DNA of 61,912 nt, the filler included. It is 6 parts of 6 records of this genome, joined end to end, with 100 filler letters (N's around TTAATTAATTAA, not from the genome) between each part and the next. Parts side by side here need not be neighbours in the genome. Positions count along the whole stretch, not along the records: positions 7,695 to 29,425 come from SRR31147125_17643; 5 more parts are not named here. One strand, 5' to 3'. The position numbers and the translations under genes were made by a program. Positions 10,485 to 23,376 of this stretch are shown one piece after another (position 1 is the stretch's first letter; each line of letters begins with the position of its first letter). The notes under the pieces were generated by a model that saw nothing but the letters and a program-made list of their open reading frames with translations, was not told the origin of the DNA and did no database searches.

Positions 10485-10862
10485 CTAGGCAATAGCAGAA
10501 AAAAACAAACCCGTAACGATTATAAACATTAATAATAACGAAACGATCAGAAAACTCAATAAAGACGATACTAAATTTCCCATTTTTTCACCTAATACTC
10601 TGCTGCAAGACCGTACCAGGGTAATATACCAAAGTAGCAAAATGAAACAAATCGGAATGCTAAATATAATATATAAGGACACCATACTAAAATGATCCCG
10701 AAGTGGAAAAGCTTCGCGAATAATAACTAATGACCCAAAGCCACCAACAGTCAGTCCCAATATAAATGTCGCGACAATAATCCACACTTTTGATGTACGC
10801 AATGAAACACCTCTTCTTTCTGTCGAAATTATTTTAATCGATTTCTGATCCGTAAATTCCAA
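10485..10862 (-). CDS. Hypothetical membrane protein (3 TM)
   Basis: Three hydrophobic segments; TTG start with AGGA upstream. Confidence 0.55.
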   Translation of the reverse strand: MEFTDQKSIKIISTERRGVSLRTSKVWIIVATFILGLTVGGFGSLVIIREAFPLRDHFSMVSLYIIFSIPICFILLLWYITLVRSCSRVLGEKMGNLVSSLLSFLIVSLLLMFIIVTGLFFSAIA

Positions 10863-11211
10863 AAATAATCATCCTACTTTACAATGCTTAAAAGGTTTGC
10901 ATAGTTTGCTGAAATTCCTTCAATATTATTTTATCAACTATCACAATTTACACATGAGCATTTTATCACTTTTTAAAGGTTGTGGATTAATAACTTCAGG
11001 AAGGTCTTGTAAATCATCTTCAAGGAAATGAGGTTCTATTCATTTTTAGGGACCTATCGTTACTTAATTAGAAAAGATTGTGCAAATGCATTATGACAAA
11101 AACCGGTAATTAAATAAAAAACCTCTAAAAAAATCTTTTATCATCTTTTATGTGCAATTTCATTTTCACAATCTTTTCATAATCAAGAAGAGTATGCATT
11201 TATCTTTAATC

Positions 11212-14030
11212 TCAATAAATCTTTAATCCCACAGGAGGGGAAGGCGGCTCCGTATCTCCATCTGTTCCTTTAACAAATACGGAATACATACTATATTGAT
11301 CTGCAGCCGAAAAACCATTAGCAGCATTCCCGCCCAATGCCACAGTTCCTGCGGAAAACGTTTTTTGCCAAACATCCAGCTCCTGTGCCTCGTCAGAAAC
11401 AAAAATGGGATAATTTGTCTTGGCAAAGTCACTTGTCAGCCAATCGGGTGGTGTCTGAACTCGACTGTCATAAGCAATAAAAACTGTAGCCTCTTGATTC
11501 AACTCAAAGCTTAAAAAATCACTTTGGGTATTTGTTTTATCATCATTCAGTGTTTTAAGCATTAACAGACCATCAAAAATTTCCGGGAGAACTGTAACAG
11601 TAAAATCTCTGTCTCCGTAATATTGATTCCCCTCAGCAATATTACCCAATCCATATCCTGTTCGACTTATATTTGTAATAGAAACAGCTTCCTTTATACC
11701 GAAATAAACAGCTGAACTATTAGCTGCTATTACATTCGCTGTTGATGCCAGGTCCTTCACATTGCTAATACGAATAGTATACATGGTTCCTATAGCATGA
11801 GTGCTAGTCGTCAAATGAACGGTTGTTTGATTATCATCAAGTACTGCCTGCGATATCACAATGCTATTATCAATCAAATAATTCTCACTATTTTGGGCTG
11901 ATGTTATTTCAACACGTTCACTGAATACAATATCGGTCTGAGTTGGACTGACTGCGACTACAGATGAAATAACCGGAGCAGTTGCGTCTGCCAAAGTCGT
12001 AATACTGACGGTTACCGGAGATAGACTCTTATTACCCACATCATCAACGGCATAGACTGAATAAGTATAGCTTGTATTTTCATTCAGCGATATATCTGAA
12101 TAAGAAGTCGAGGTAACAAGACCCAGATAAGTACCATCACGATAGATTTCATAAGCCGTTGCCACATCATTATCACTTGCTTCCAGGGAAGGTAACCAGC
12201 TTAAATCAATACTATGTTCCGTCTTGCTGTCACTCTTTAATTCTCGAGGTTCATTAGGTGGGACATCATCCGAATTGGCAGCACTGTAAACTAATTTGAA
12301 TGCATCAGCAATGACAGCTCCATTTGCATTATTATTCAACACTATTTTATAATCAGTTCCACCGGCTAAAAAATTAAAAGAACCTAATAAGATCCATTGA
12401 CCCGCATTCTGTTGTTGGTTAATTGTTCCACTGGTCTTTCCAACAGCGTGAGTAATCTCATAAGGCACATTCGTTGCTTCTGTGTAAAAGCCTTCCGATT
12501 CACCGACCCAGCCATGCCACTCATAAATATCATAAATTCCTGATACATTTATTTCGATATTATAGGTAGCCTTTTTACTTCCAGTACCACCATCAACCCA
12601 TTTATACCTTAAATAAGTTACAGCAGCTTCAGTTGTATTACACCAACGAGGACCTATTGTCCAGGAAGGATTATCAATGGCCGGATCATCCGAATTCATC
12701 GGATCGTCACCAGAATTCCAGGTTCCTTCAAAAACAGCAGGTTCTTGGCCCGCCAAAGTAGGTAATTCGGCATTATCCAGGTAAATATCAGTAACAATGC
12801 TTTTTGATGGAGGATTTATTAGCACTATTCCATCACCAAAAACTTTTCCGTTACTCGTCTGGCTACCCAATAATTCTATACTTGTAAACAATTCACCATT
12901 ATTTATTTCAGGTGCCTGATTACCTTTAAATCTATAATAAGGCCCTGCGTAACCGCTTAGTGAGGCTAAATCAGAATCTGTCACGTTTACATTATAATCA
13001 TTCCCATTTACGATAGAGACTCCATTATCGAAAAAACGGACATAGACATTATTAGCGACTGATTGAGCATCAGAAGTTGGGTATCCTAATTGGACCTCAT
13101 ACTCATCATAATAATCATCATAATAATGTTCAGTCGCACCATGGTAATCATAATATCCATCTCCAAGAAGAGAGGATGTTAGGCCAAATCGTACGAGACG
13201 ATAATCCGTTTTTGATCTGCTTCCTGTAAATTCTCCTGATCCATTCAGATAATATGTTGAAGGTTTTTGCCCGTTTCGGGTCCATGAGTTATAGTCATTC
13301 CACCACTCTGCCCAGGTATTAAATCCCCATGTATACCATTTTTCCACCATATGACCATTAACCAGAGATTTAAAATCAGTCATGCTCCCACCTGTATTAA
13401 TGAGCATGATTTTATTATTTGGTATCGCCTCTCTTACTCCACTAATTGTGCTCTCAATACCATCATGCCATACCGAATAAACCCAATCGCTCCCATGTTC
13501 AGAAAAATCATTCACACCATTCCGATCAAAATCAACATTATAAACTCCCCACGGCTTTATCCACAGGCCATCTGTAGAAACACCATCATAAATGGTCCAA
13601 TCAAAATTGGAGTATCTCTCAGCTAAGGCCTCATTATAAGTTTTACCGTCACTTCGCTGACAGTAACTTGTCATATTAGCGAGCAGTCTGTTTCTGGAGC
13701 CATAAATAGCAACAGCTTCTCCACTTGAATCATATACTTTCCATTCATCCGGTAAACTGGAAGAGAAAAAGCTCCCGCATTCCAATCTATTGTTGGGAGT
13801 ATCTGAACAGCGCTATTAATTTCTTTAACAGCTCTGGCATATTCACTGGTGCCGCCAAAAATCAACATATCAAAACGTGCATACCACTCAGGCCGTGCTC
13901 CTCCCCATTGAAACGAACCGATTCGTGGATAAGGTGGATTAAAATCCTGAGCAAATACACAACCCGTTAAAACCAGTATTACAAACGTTAGAGTGTTTTT
14001 TATTACTCTAAAACGCAGCGTCTTCATCAT
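11212..14030 (-). CDS. Large secreted protein: putative glycoside-hydrolase barrel + golvesin/xanthan-lyase-type C-terminal domain + FN3 + Ig-like; frameshift at A5 13766-13770
   Basis: Signal peptide in ORF 13671-14030. Adding one base gives DWNAGAFFSSSLPDEW. Motifs: DGVSTD, RFGLTSSLLGDGY, YYDEY...LGYP, golvesin-like GQW..LG.F.F / IADA.KLV, FN3. Confidence 0.75.
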
Positions 14031-14449
14031 CTCCGATCACCTCAATTAGATTTCGCCTTCTGAGCTCAAGTCAAGATTTTTCAAGAATAATCTTAACAAA
14101 ACTAATTATTCGTTTTTTAACAAGAAAAACAATAAAATGAGTAAGTTGTGGGTCAGTATGACCCTTTTGAGCCACGGAATTTCAATTTTGAAATATATTT
14201 ATTAAATTTGTAACTGCCAGCAAAACCAATAGTCGTAGCTAATCTTGTTATATCCAACTAAAATTCATTTTTTTAAACAAATAAGAAATAACCATAATCT
14301 TATTTGTTATCTTAAATTAAAGCTATTAAAAATGTTACAATGAAGAATAAAATATTAGCACAACACATTATTTTCACAGAATAAGCGAATATCCATTATT
14401 AACATATTTTAGCTTATTATTAAAATGGCAATATTCATACCATTTATTA

Positions 14450-15645
14450 TTAATTTGATTTAATTGTTCTGTTTGATAAACTATTAGCAATTTCATAAAC
14501 TATTGATGCATTATGTCGCCAGGTATAATTATTCATCACAAAATTTCTGGCTTCCAAACCCACCTTATTACGTTGGACATTGTCATTGGTTAATTTAGCA
14601 AAGAGTTCTAAAATAGAATCCCGATTATTCGGATTAACTAAAAAACCATTCACTCCATGGTTAATCACTTTTCCTATTTGCCCAATGTCCGTTGCAATGG
14701 TCGGACGCGCCGCAGCCATGTATTCAAATATTTTCAGAGGAGAAAAGAAAAACTCTTTTAAATTCGGGTAAATAGCCGTGGTTACATCTATTATATTTAT
14801 GTAACGATTAATCTCATCATGTTGGACATACCCAATTACTTTAATATGCTCTTCTAATTCATTTCTTTTGACGAGTTTTATAATTTCGTCACGTTTGGGG
14901 CCATCACCAATTAATAAAAAGGCGATATTGGGTATACGTTGAGTAGCCTCCAGCATTAATTCAGTTAAAATATCCAAGCCATGCCACTGATTCATAGATC
15001 CAACAAATCCAAATACAACTTTATCTTTCAGGCCGAGTGATTCACGTAACTTTATACTATCATTTACCGGCTTGAATTTTTCTATGTCAACTCCCATTGG
15101 ATTGACGACTAATTTTGCGCCAGGGACTTTATAATCAATTAATATGGATTTTAACTCTTCACAGGTTACAGTAATAAAAGAACTCAATTTAAAACAAAGT
15201 TTTTCCAATTCCGCAACAAGGGGATAATGAATGTGAAATTTTTCGTATTTTTTGATTTGCAAATGCCCTAATGCATTTACTTCCAAAATCAATGGAATTT
15301 TAAACATTTTTGCTAAAATAGGCAGAGTAAAAGAATAAGGAGCATGCCGGGATACAATTACATCAGGTTTTATTGTTTTGAGAATTCGAAATTCCTGTAC
15401 CATAAATTTAAAATTAAAAGACAACTGTTTGGGTTCATGGTAAAATCTTCTTAAAAACTTTTTCAATTTATTTTCACCCAAAACGGCTTTAATAGGTGAG
15501 TTATTTTCTTTTTCAAATGCAACGAATGGGTATGAATTTCATGTCCCAATTCATGAAATGCTTTTACAAATTCATTGACATGCACAAAACTACCAACCGA
15601 AGACTCTTTATAGTCATGAATATAATTAAAATAACATACTTTCAT
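14450..15645 (-). CDS. GT4 glycosyltransferase; frameshift at T5 15509-15513
   Basis: GS.VHV.E...A...LGH N-terminus; WHGLD, SPLKIFEYMAA, YTW C-terminus. Confidence 0.9.
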
Positions 15646-15697
15646 TTTATCATCTTTACTTTTTTATTCCCGGGCACAACTGGATTAGTTGAATATC

Positions 15698-17158
15698 CTA
15701 ATGTATAAAGTGCAACTTTTGTAAAATTAATTTCATTTTCCCATCACCTAAAATACCTTCTATCTCTTCATTCGTAAAAACTTTAATCAAAAGGGTGACG
15801 ACCAAAACACTTAATAATGAAACAGGGATCTGCAGGTACCATATTAATTTATGAAATAATATCATTGGCAGGAGCATAAAAGAAGCAGATATTATCGCTT
15901 TTACAATTATAGAAAACAAATTTCCCTTCAAATGAACAACTTTAAAAATCTCTTTAAAATATAAAACACAAACAAATACTTCTGTACTAAACGTAGTAAA
16001 AGCCGCTCCTACAAATCCGTAAAATGGAATGATAATTAAATTTAGCGAAATATTTATGAAAAAGGCCAACATTGTAACCTTTGCTGAAAACTTTTCTTTA
16101 TTAATTGCTCTTAATGTCGGTCCGAGTAAATTGTTCAAACAAAGTATGGCCACGGCCCACCCGAGTATCTGCAAAGCAATAATACTCGGCGTAAACTCTG
16201 GACCAAATGCAGTTATAATGACCGGTTTCGCCCACATACTGGTACCAATTGCCAGCACCAGGCCTGTTAGAGCCATGACCTTTAAACCTTTTTGCAATAA
16301 TATTCCAACCTTTTCTCTGGCTTGAATAAAGGAATTGGAGATGGCAGGATACAAAGCTCGTCCAAAGGCGATAGCTATAAATGTCATAATCGTCACAAAA
16401 CGATAGGCTGCGTTATAATATGCTACGTCTTCATCTCCCTTCATAAAAGAAAGCATATTTGTATCCATCAGGCAATAAGCAATTGCGAAAAAACTTTGCA
16501 GGCCAAATGCAAAAGAAGATTGGATAAGGTTTGGAATTGCTTTGAAATTGATATTATAAAATACTTTCCCATACTTTTTAAAATACAGACCAATCAAAAA
16601 AACAAATTCTAACAGAGAACAAAATAGATGAATAATGGAAAAATTGACTAAACCGTATCCCTTGAAAAGAACCAGATAGCCAAATCCAGCCAATAGCACA
16701 CTCAACAACACCGTTGCCTTTGTGTCATCAGCCATGTTCTGATGCCCATGTATCACAGCACGTATGGTTCCTGACAGAGAATTTATCATCAACGAAATGG
16801 TTATGTAAAATACAATCCATTTGGTAGCGCCATCCTTGGGCATTAAGTATATGATAATTGCCAGGATAATTATGCTAATAAAAAATAATACGAATTTTGT
16901 CAAGATAGCACGACTAAAAAGATGGCTTGTTGATGAAAGACTTTTAGCAATTTCCCTCGTCAGATACGGATTTATACCGAGATCTACAAGTAAAATATAT
17001 ATACCGCCAAATGCCAGAGCAAACCCATATTTACCAAAATTTTCGACACCAACTATTCTTGCTAAATATAATATGAGAAAAAATCGAATTACCTTACTGA
17101 ATATCTCCCCGCCAATCAAATAAACCGAATTGTTAAGAACTCTACTTTTAAATATCAT
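15698..17158 (-). CDS. Wzx-type polysaccharide flippase
   Basis: Many TM helices; LARIVG...FG.Y, DLG....REIA, D..ML, YNAAYR, YGFVGAA. Confidence 0.9.
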   Translation of the reverse strand: MIFKSRVLNNSVYLIGGEIFSKVIRFFLILYLARIVGVENFGKYGFALAFGGIYILLVDLGINPYLTREIAKSLSSTSHLFSRAILTKFVLFFISIIILAIIIYLMPKDGATKWIVFYITISLMINSLSGTIRAVIHGHQNMADDTKATVLLSVLLAGFGYLVLFKGYGLVNFSIIHLFCSLLEFVFLIGLYFKKYGKVFYNINFKAIPNLIQSSFAFGLQSFFAIAYCLMDTNMLSFMKGDEDVAYYNAAYRFVTIMTFIAIAFGRALYPAISNSFIQAREKVGILLQKGLKVMALTGLVLAIGTSMWAKPVIITAFGPEFTPSIIALQILGWAVAILCLNNLLGPTLRAINKEKFSAKVTMLAFFINISLNLIIIPFYGFVGAAFTTFSTEVFVCVLYFKEIFKVVHLKGNLFSIIVKAIISASFMLLPMILFHKLIWYLQIPVSLLSVLVVTLLIKVFTNEEIEGILGDGKMKLILQKLHFIH

Positions 17159-17185
17159 TTTTTTAGGAAATCATAGGTAATGTAT

Positions 17186-18300
17186 TTATAATAATTTTTC
17201 GTTGATTAATTCATCATATAATTTTTCAAATTCTGCAACCTGTTTTTCCAGATAAAAGAATTCTTCGACCCGTTTTCTACCAGCATTCCCCATAGCTTGA
17301 AGTCGCTTATCGTCTCCCAGCAGCTCCATTATTCTATCAGTTAGAATGGCCGTATTATGGGGAGGAACCAGAAATCCTGTAACGCCATCCTCTACCGCTT
17401 CAACCGTTCCGTCGACACTAGTAGCAATGACAGGTCTGGAACAGGCCATAGCCTCTAGTACCACATTTGGCAAACCCTCATAAATGGATGGTAATACAAA
17501 TAAATCAAATAAATTAACACAATCTTTTACATCATTTCGAAATCCTAAAAAGCGGAAATGATCTGTTAAATTCAACTCGGAAATCTGATTTTCCAATTCG
17601 GATCGAAGAGGACCATCGCCAACAAACACAAATTTCGCATTCGGAAACTTTTTTACTATTTCTAAAGCACCGGATATCAAATATTTGTGCCCCTTTTGAT
17701 AGGTAAACCTGGCAACAGTACCAATAACCAAATCATCTTCCTGCAAATCGAATTCTTTTCGTTTTAATTTACTATGTTGATCAAATTTGTTTACATCAAC
17801 TCCATATTGAATCGTCATCACTTTTTGAGGAGTTACATTTCTTTCCTGAATAACTTGCGTACGAATAGCATTGGAGACAGCTACAATTCGATCCATTTTC
17901 CTTTTCGCAATTGAATAGGCCATTAAATGTCTTCGCTTGTATGGGTGCGAAACAGCTTCCCAGGATATAACTATTGGAACTTTTGCCATCATTGCAGCAT
18001 ATGCACCTATAACATCCGCATAAAATAATGTGGTTTGTAAAAGTTGTATTTGTTTTTCCTCCATTAACTTTTTTACAAACGTTACAAGGCGGAAATCAAA
18101 ACTATGGCGTTTTTCAAAAACAAACACTTCCAGGCCGAGATCTTTAAATTTTTGTTCGAGAGGACCTCCCTGACCGACACTGCAAATAGTAATATTATAC
18201 TTGTCCCTGTTTAAATTCTCAACGAGTTCCAGCAGTTTAAGCTCTCCACCGCCGATGGCAAAACCATTTACCAATTGAAGCATATTAATCTTTTTTTCAT
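17186..18300 (-). CDS. GT4 glycosyltransferase (true start probably ATG 18300, one base lost in T7 18291-18297)
   Basis: GGGE, QKGH.YLI, EGLPNVVLEAMA. Confidence 0.92.
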
Positions 18301-18347
18301 AACCGAAACACTTTATTTTTAATTTTATTGTTTTATTTGCTCTACAA

Positions 18348-19587
18348 TCAATTATTTAACAATTCCTCATAAAGAGCCATCATTTTATTATAGTGATTAT
18401 CCCAGGAAAATTCTTCCTCCGCTCTCTTTCGGGCATTTTCACCAAACCTTTTAATCAATTCAGGGCTTTTATACAGAGATTCTATCTTTTGAGAAAGCTG
18501 CTCCACATGATGTGCATCAAACAGCATCCCATTTACATTGTCCTCTATGAATTCAGGAATTCCGCCTAACCTTGAACCGATTACAGGCTTGCCCAGGGCA
18601 AACGCTTCATAGATGACTACAGGTGAATTTTCATACCATTCAGACGGTATAACAACAAATTTTGATTTTGAGATGATTTCCCTTAGTTCATCACCGCCTT
18701 TATATCCCAAAAACTTTACATTAGTCAAACCAAAACTTAAAGCCTGAGCTTCTAATTCTGGCCTTAAAGGCCCCTCACCCACTATATATAAATTCATCGT
18801 TTTATCTGCTATTTTTTTCATCGCTTCAAGTAATGTGTGTAAACCTTTTTCACAACTTAATCTGCCAAAATATAATAAATAGTCATCATGAGCTGGATGA
18901 TAAGCATAGTCAGAAAGGTTAATCGTCAAAAATTGATGGCGCACCTTTTTAGGATCTACACCACTCTCAATTAATTTATTGCCTAAAAATTGACTGGGAA
19001 CATGAAATAGTCCAATGTTTTTATAGACATTAAGAATTTTATGAACATAGGCCTCTATAGACAGTATGGAACTGGCCAAATAAGAATTCTTGTGGCATTT
19101 TTCTATAATCGGATGGTAAAATTTACCACTGATACATTTTTCGCAAATTTCATTCTTGTGTTCAATATAAAAACGATAATTTGGGCATGCTATCTTGTAC
19201 TGATGAACAGTTTGTAATATGGGTATATTATATTTATGCAATGTCGATAAAATAGAAGGGGATATTTGATGATCTATCATATGAAGGTGTGCAATATCCG
19301 GCTTTGTTTTATTTATTAATGCTTCAATTTTTTTGAGCATGTCTTGAATAAATAATACGGCTAATAATTCGAGGGCTGTTTAATATCTTTTCTTTTGTGG
19401 TATTTAAATTGAATTCAATATTTTCAACAAAGTGTTCCTCAAAAGCAGAATCAAAATTTCTTTCATGTTTCATTGAAAAAGGGATAACTTGATGGCCGTT
19501 TTTAGTCAGAATATCTGTCAATTCAAACAAATATTTTTCCGCACCACCCTTGATAAAATGATATTTATCAACCATTAATACTTTCAT
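18348..19587 (-). CDS. GT4 glycosyltransferase; frameshift at T7 19328-19334
   Basis: GGAE, H.YK..CP, GRLS.EKG, SEWYENSP..IYEA. Confidence 0.92.
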
Positions 19588-19683
19588 AACAACCTATCTC
19601 CCAGAAAAGACTATTTTTTATTCAATTGGCAGATTTTTAAAATTAACATAAATTGGAACTGGCTCACTATGCAGCGACTATTT

Positions 19684-21015
19684 TTATCTGGACTGAATTC
19701 TCTGTGCACTTTTTCTTTTTACCATATTTAAATGTTTCATATTTAAATTCAGTTTCTCGAGACTGGCTAGTACAGCCAATTCACTCCAAAAAAGAACCTG
19801 AATAGGATAATGACGAAATTCAGGGACTCCAAAACTTTGTACCAAAAAGCCAAAAAAGGATGCCAGCAACGCCGCACAGATCAGAAAAAGCCCTTTTGAG
19901 GCAAGTTTGCGTAATATCCTGTAACCATCCCAAAATGCAAAAAACAATATAAAAGAAAAAATGATAAGAGCCGGGACACCATATTCGACGCCTATTTGTA
20001 AAAACGTATTTTCCGGAATTCGCTGATGCTCCTTTCTATAATGTATGAAACTGGGGTAACCCCACCTTGCATAATTATTAGGACCGACCCCCAAAAATGG
20101 CTTTGTCTTCATAGTATAGAACGCAGCGTCAACGAGGACCTGGCGATGCTCCATGGAATCGAATACATGAGTAAATCTCGATAAAATTCGTCCTCCATAT
20201 ATGGTCGCTATTGGTAATAGTAATAATCCCATTAAAAAAGAGGCTTTGTATACACGCCGTCGAAGTGGTCTTTTTGAAAAAAACAACATCAGCAAAAACA
20301 CTATTTGACCCACAAAACTGACCCATGCACTTCTTGAAAAAGAAGCATACAATGAAACTAAAGCGAGTAGAACCAGACTTCCTTTTACCACCATATTTTT
20401 GTCCAGAGAAAAACGGGAAAAAATTATTCTGGCCAACGGAACGATCATTGTAAACAATAAATATGAAGCAAAAAGATTCGGAAGCTGCAAAGAACCGGCA
20501 GAGCGCCAACTGCCACGTAAATCTCTAAATATGGCTAATCCTGTACTACCAAAACGCCATTGATAGAAACCCAACAAGGCTTCCACAAATAATCCGATGC
20601 TTATAGCATCAATGATAGCAACTAAGGCCTTATTGTTATTTATATTTTTATAAACCAAAATAAATAACAAAAAAGAGTTCGTCTGATCAAATACTGTGGA
20701 TATGGCTTCTCGTAAGTTTGTTGCCGCTACTAGTGATGATAAAAGGCCCAAAACTAAAAATGAAATGCCCAATATCTGAATTTTAGAGTAAAACTTTGTG
20801 GATTTGCCCTTCCTGTTAGAGCTAAATGTGTAAAATACAATAGTTGCATTAATTATCGTATATAGCAGGGCATTCAATGTACCACCCAGGTTTATGAGTG
20901 GAACGAGTATAGCGCATAATAACAACCCATAGACTGGCTTTTTATATATTTTAAAATAATATAAAATGACGCCAAAGACGATCAGAGCTAAAAATGTGAG
21001 AACTGCAAATTTCAA
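19684..21015 (-). CDS. O-antigen ligase / Wzy polymerase family membrane protein
   Basis: Multi-TM; R..G....PN, SFSRSAW, P.LGVG..NY, N..LQ...E.G. Confidence 0.85.
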   Translation of the reverse strand: MKFAVLTFLALIVFGVILYYFKIYKKPVYGLLLCAILVPLINLGGTLNALLYTIINATIVFYTFSSNRKGKSTKFYSKIQILGISFLVLGLLSSLVAATNLREAISTVFDQTNSFLLFILVYKNINNNKALVAIIDAISIGLFVEALLGFYQWRFGSTGLAIFRDLRGSWRSAGSLQLPNLFASYLLFTMIVPLARIIFSRFSLDKNMVVKGSLVLLALVSLYASFSRSAWVSFVGQIVFLLMLFFSKRPLRRRVYKASFLMGLLLLPIATIYGGRILSRFTHVFDSMEHRQVLVDAAFYTMKTKPFLGVGPNNYARWGYPSFIHYRKEHQRIPENTFLQIGVEYGVPALIIFSFILFFAFWDGYRILRKLASKGLFLICAALLASFFGFLVQSFGVPEFRHYPIQVLFWSELAVLASLEKLNLNMKHLNMVKRKSAQRIQSR

Positions 21016-21086
21016 ATAAAATCCTTTGATCTCTTTTACTGATAAATCATTCTAAAATTTTGAAACTTTCCGAAAACCTAAACGAG

Positions 21087-22025
21087 TCAAACATTCTTAT
21101 CTAAATTCAATCGTTCATCAACAATAAATATTGGTCGTTTTCGCGTTTCGTCAAAATTCCGCCATAAATATTCACCGATGATACCAATGCTCAGTAATTG
21201 AACACCTGAGGTGACCAATAAAATCACCATGAGCGAAGACCATCCAGCAACCGGTACCGAATGAAGGATACGATTGATTAACACAAACAACGCATACATA
21301 AGCCCAAGGACTGAAAAGATGAATCCAATCACACTAACCGTCTTTAAAGGGAAATAGGAAAACGCAGTAAAGGCATCAATGAATAACTTTATTTTTTTCG
21401 ACAATGTCCAACGAGATTTGCCTAAATCCCGACTTTTTCTCTTATAAGGTATGATTAACGGTTTAAATCCGGTCCATAAAATTTGTGTCATAATATGAGA
21501 ATTTTTTTCTTTCATGGTAATTAAAAGATCAATAATAACTCGATCTATTAACACAAAATCAAATCCACCTGCGGGAATTTCAGGTAATGCAAATTTTCTC
21601 ATCAACAAATAGAACAAGTTTGACAATGATTTTGATATAAATGATTCTTCACGATCTTCCCTCACAGCTAAAATGGATTTATAGCCGTTTTGCCAATTCT
21701 CAAACATTGTTGGAATAAGTTTCGGAGGATCCTGCAAATCGGCACTAATTACGACAGCACAATCACCAGAACAATAAGTCAAACCAGCTAAAATGGCTAT
21801 ATGCGACCCATAATTCTTTGATAACTTTATCACTTTACATCGTTGATCATTTTGAGCAAAATCGGATAATATGGGAAAAGACTGATCACCGGATCCATCG
21901 TCTACAAAGATAATCTCATATTCTGCATTGGGAATTTTCTTTAGAGTTTCCGTAACCTTTTCAAAAGTGATGGAAAGGTTTAATTCATTATAATAAACAG
22001 GTATAACTATAGAAATTTTTTTCAT
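21087..22025 (-). CDS. GT2 polyprenyl-phosphate glycosyltransferase (GtrB/ArnC-like)
   Basis: VDDGSGD, LSKNYG...A..AG, ADLQDPP, two C-terminal TM, IIGEY..R.FDE..KRP. Confidence 0.9.
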   Translation of the reverse strand: MKKISIVIPVYYNELNLSITFEKVTETLKKIPNAEYEIIFVDDGSGDQSFPILSDFAQNDQRCKVIKLSKNYGSHIAILAGLTYCSGDCAVVISADLQDPPKLIPTMFENWQNGYKSILAVREDREESFISKSLSNLFYLLMRKFALPEIPAGGFDFVLIDRVIIDLLITMKEKNSHIMTQILWTGFKPLIIPYKRKSRDLGKSRWTLSKKIKLFIDAFTAFSYFPLKTVSVIGFIFSVLGLMYALFVLINRILHSVPVAGWSSLMVILLVTSGVQLLSIGIIGEYLWRNFDETRKRPIFIVDERLNLDKNV

Positions 22026-23131
22026 AACTTCACCGCGTTTATAGTATTTACAATATACTCAAGTTCTTCTTCACACAATTCCGGATATATGGGCAGAGAA
22101 AGAATGGAGCTGGTAAAATCATCAGATCTCCATTTTTTTTCATAACCTTTTCGCCAATACTTTTCCAGAATTTTTTGTTTCCGACAAGGTATCGGATAAT
22201 GAATTGGCAAATTGATATTTTTTTGCAATAACAATTCTTGTAATTCATTACGATATTCACTTTTGAAAACAAACAGGTGATAATTCGTGTAATAATCCTT
22301 ACCTCTTTTAGGTAGTGGCATAATGGCACTATTGCATATATTATTTATATAATAATCAGCTATTTCATTTCTTCTCTCATTCCATAAATCAATATATTTC
22401 AGTTTTACCGTTAAGATGGCGGCCTGCATTTCATCCAATCGACTGTTAATTCCGTAGATATCATGGTTAAATCTTTTTGCTTCACCTAAATTTCTAAGCA
22501 TTAACAATTTATCATAAACGGTATCATCGTTGGTACCTATAGCACCGCCATCACCAAGCGCTCCAAGGTTTTTAGTTGGATAAAAGGAATAAGCTGCACT
22601 ATCTCCAAAAGAACCAGCCATTTTATCTCTATACCTGGCACCTACTGCTTGAGCACAATCCTCTATAACCGTCAAGTTATATTTTTCAGCAATCGTTAAT
22701 ACAGCATCCATATTGACAACTTGTCCATATAGATGAACAGGAACAATTGCTTTTGTGCGATCTGTAATAAATTCAGGTAGTAATTCCGGATCAATCAAGC
22801 CACTATCTTCATCAATATCCACTAATACCGGAGTGGCACCCGTCATTAAAATAGCCGTAACAGTAGGAAATGCTGTAACGTCAGTGGTCAGAACCTCATC
22901 ACCCTCCCCAATACCGTAGGCTAATAATGAAAGCATAATAGCTTCTGTACCCGAAGCAACACCGACAACGTGTTTGACATCAAGATATGTCGCAAACTTT
23001 TTTTCAAAGTTTTTTACCTGTTCGCCTAAAATATACCAGCCAGAATCAACAACCTTGTTAACTTTATCTTTTATCTCTTGTTTTATCGATTCATCCATGG
23101 CTTTAAAATTGTTAAATAAGATTTTCATCAT
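22022..23131 (-). CDS. DegT/DnrJ/EryC1/StrS PLP sugar aminotransferase
   Basis: SGT.A, PVHLYG, EDCAQA.GA, SFYPTKNLGALGDGG, NSRLDE.QAA. Confidence 0.95.
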   Translation of the reverse strand: MMKILFNNFKAMDESIKQEIKDKVNKVVDSGWYILGEQVKNFEKKFATYLDVKHVVGVASGTEAIMLSLLAYGIGEGDEVLTTDVTAFPTVTAILMTGATPVLVDIDEDSGLIDPELLPEFITDRTKAIVPVHLYGQVVNMDAVLTIAEKYNLTVIEDCAQAVGARYRDKMAGSFGDSAAYSFYPTKNLGALGDGGAIGTNDDTVYDKLLMLRNLGEAKRFNHDIYGINSRLDEMQAAILTVKLKYIDLWNERRNEIADYYINNICNSAIMPLPKRGKDYYTNYHLFVFKSEYRNELQELLLQKNINLPIHYPIPCRKQKILEKYWRKGYEKKWRSDDFTSSILSLPIYPELCEEELEYIVNTINAVKL

Positions 23132-23376
23132 CGTTTTCCATAATTGAATGAGTGTGATATGTTACGCTTGCATAAGCATCTGGTTATAATTGTGTAACAA
23201 TGTGCAGAGTTGTACCAGGTCGCTTCTCATTTTGGTAATCAAAAGTCATTTATCGCCTTGCTTTTACATCCCCATCAGGGATAAATCAGCAAAATAAAAC
23301 ACTAATAATCTCTATCAACAATCACTAATTTTGAACATATAATTCTGTGTTTATTAATTATCGGACACAATCTGTA

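Noticed and set aside
14450-19587. Phase variation or pseudogenisation of the glycosyltransferases
   Set aside because: The runs are short (5-7 nt) and the same one-base loss affects unrelated genes in other contigs, so sequencing error is more parsimonious
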